Source: the human T2T-CHM13v2.0 reference genome, Homo sapiens | Length of the DNA stretch: 64,000 bases | Reading direction: 5' to 3' (one strand) | Assembly (NCBI RefSeq): GCF_009914755.1 | Contig: NC_060938.1 | Shown: one piece after another, positions 60,110 to 64,000 of the stretch | Numbering within the stretch: the stretch's first letter is position 1 | Layout: every line of letters starts with the position of its first letter | The notes under the pieces: model-generated | The model's database searches: none | The model's input: only the letters and a program-made list of their open reading frames with translations | What the model was told of the DNA's origin: nothing | Translations under genes and position numbers: made by a program

Positions 60110-61245
60110 TGCTTCTGCATCAAGGAAAAGTGCTGTAACAGAGATACAAGGGTATGGTTCACCCTCTTGCCTGAAACAAACAAACAAAAATGAATGAAAT
60201 AGATGAATGAGTGGTTTTTAAGATATTGGACATCAGGCACCAAGGAACAGGAGCACCTAAAAAAAACAGAAACAAACAAGTGGCCCTATGATTGTCACAG
60301 CTTACTACCTTACAAGAGTTTCCAGGGTATGGAATAGAAAGGGAGTACCCGTGTGAAACCAGCGGACCTCTTGAGTTGACAGTCCAGGAAGACCAAGGTG
60401 AAGAACCACAGAGAGAAGAACTTACTAGAAAGAAAACTTCAAAGGTCTGCCGTGGGTCCCCCTTAGGTATTCAACAAAATACTTGTCAACAAAGCACTGA
60501 ATAAACTATGCAAGATCAGGTAAAGAACCATCCAAAAAGGAGTAGAGGAAATGAGAGTTGATGTTACCACAGGGCCAGCCAAACTGAAAAACATCGTAAT
60601 TCATAGGTCTTTGAATAAAATGTCTTGATTCATTATTAGCACAAAATCAGCTTTAGCCTAAAGGCTGCTCTTTTCCTAACAGATTTTAAAACCCAAGATC
60701 TGGGTGATCAAACTGTTGCCAAGTAATTTAGCTGCATCTTAGAAAAACATTTAAATATATTTGTAGCAATATAAAAATGTTCAACCACAAAAAGATAAAA
60801 TTCAAAATGTATGGCATTGAATCAAAATTAACCAGTTAGCAAAGAAGTAGAGAACAATAAACCAAAATAAGGAGAAAGATTCAATTAATCAAAATAAACC
60901 AGAACTGACACAGCTGTTAGAATTATCAGGAAAAGACCTTGTAATAGCTATTAAAATATAATCCATATGTTCAAAAACTAGTAGAAATATTGAACAAATT
61001 AAGTAGAGACAAGAAAGTTAGAAAAGAGACTCAAATAGAACCCTGTAAAGATGACAACTACAGCTACTAAAATGAAAAATATACTGAATGGGATTAACCA
61101 CAGATTAGACATCACAGAAAAAAAATGTAATAAACATGAAGACGGAAAAAAAATCTAAAATTAATATGTGTAAAAATTTTAAACTATAGAGAATATTAAA
61201 CTGTTGGAAAATTTCAAGATGTGTAAAATACACATGAAAAGAGAA
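60110..61245 (+). mobile_element. Ancient L1M 5' UTR/ORF1 relic
   Basis: tttttaagatattggacatcaggca; ORF1-like aaatactgaatgggattaaccacagattagacatcacagaa. Confidence 0.65.
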
Positions 61246-61249
61246 AAGA

Positions 61250-62537
<1,288 letters not shown>

Positions 62538-63036
62538 AAGGGAATTAATTGTACCTTTATACACAAAGCATGCAAGTACTTGTATAAACTTCTCCTTGCC
62601 TGGTGGTATAAGGTAAACCTCTGAGTGATTTTACACACCAGTTGGAGGATGGGTGGTGTTGGATGAGAGCCACAGATAGGTTCTTTATATCATTCTTTAG
62701 GATGTACCACGCATTTTGATGTACATTTCATTTGCCCCTATCAAATACAAATAAGCCCTGTGTATATTCTTCCTTTATTGCTGACGAAGAAATGACTTGG
62801 AAATCTTAAATGACTATGTAAGACAGCTACTGAACAGAATTAAGATTTTAAGTCCTCAGATTGACATGGAAGTGGTAGTTTATCCCAAACTCTGTTCTTA
62901 AAAAACTTTAAACACTCCATAATGCATCTTATATTTTACCCATAAAGTAGACCTATATCTTGCAACTTACTTACATCTTGATTATTTCCATTCAAAGTTT
63001 ATTTTACACAACTTAGAGACAACATTTACTTCTCAA

Positions 63037-63170
63037 TTTTTTTTTCCTTTAAATAAATGGAGTCTTATTATGTTGCACAGGCTGGCCTCTAACTCCTGGC
63101 TCAAGCAATTTCTGTGCCTCAGCCTCTGAAGTAGCTGGGATTACAAGCATGTGCTCTCTCTACTGGCTCC
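63037..63170 (-). mobile_element. Alu monomer (FLAM-like)
   Basis: tatgttgcacaggctggcctctaactcctggctcaagcaatt..gtagctgggattaca. Confidence 0.75.
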
Positions 63171-63599
63171 ATCTTCTGTCTATAGATTTATTTCAATGGC
63201 TAAGGATTAAAACAGAGGTAATGAAATGGCCTAAATGTAACAAATAAACAGGTTAATAAATCTTAAAGAGTTTTTTCTGGTAAGTGTGAATTGAAGCCAA
63301 AAATACCGTAGATAGGAGAAGCTGGTAACAGGGCAGGAAAGTACCACACATTAAGCATGGAATGATGATAAGAAGTGGTAAATCAGAAAAGTTGAAAAAA
63401 TAGACTTTGTGAGCACAGAATTTGCATTTTATGTTTATTTGCGTGACAGTTGAATTTTTATTGCAATTTGCCTCTTTAATTTTTATGGCATTCAATACTT
63501 TGATAATAGAAAACACAAAAAAAAGAGAAGAAAGAGGATAAAGATAGAAGAAATAACTATGAAATCAGACTTTAGTAGTATATGATTATTTTACTTTAA

Positions 63600-64000
63600 A
63601 ATAAAATTTGACCATTTTAGGTCACTTGAATTTTGGCACAAATTTTTTTAATTTGCTTGTCTGGAAATTCTGCTAGGAAATTCTGCAAGGATTGTGGTTG
63701 AGATTGCATTGAATCTATTGACCTAATTTGGGGGGAATTAACATTCTTCCCTCTATTCTATTTGCTAATCAATGAAGGAGTGTAATTTTATCTTGATTTA
63801 GGTCTTTTTAACAACATTTTGTGGTTTTCAAAGTGTTCAAGTCATACACATCATTTGTCATATTTTGACCTATGTATTTCAGATTTTTTAAGTTGTCATA
63901 AAGGGTAGTGATTGTTTAATTTAGATTTCCAATTATTTGTTGCTTGTATACATAAATATTATTGATTTTTGCATATTGATCATATAGTCTCCAACCTTCC
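63600..64000 (-). mobile_element. L1M ORF2 fragment (runs off window)
   Basis: gagattgcattgaatctat..aatttggggggaattaacatt; attgatttttgcatattgat. Confidence 0.8.

Overview
Primate (almost certainly human or great-ape) nuclear DNA: AT-rich, CpG-depleted and roughly half interspersed repeats. It holds about 16 Alu insertions, truncated L1PA/L1PB/L1M copies (three with 5' inversions), L2/MIR relics, solo LTRs (MER52, MLT1, LTR33-like and others) and two hAT DNA-transposon MITEs. No intact protein-coding gene, RNA gene or CRISPR array is supported; the ORF track is mostly repeat-derived or chance. Most interesting: (1) minus-strand, splice-site-bounded, non-repetitive segments at 48.7-56.7 kb that read like a decayed multi-exon gene of unrecognised family; (2) a young 5'-inverted L1PA whose 5' junction carries a 71-bp copy of the neighbouring older L1 plus a fold-back; (3) a 104-bp, ungapped, 86% identical inverted repeat at 10.3-10.9 kb that I cannot assign to a known repeat; (4) an Alu with a third copy of its target site inside its 5' end; (5) an old ~190-bp direct duplication at 7.3/8.3 kb. 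Repeat subfamily names come from remembered consensus motifs, and boundaries of old elements are approximate.
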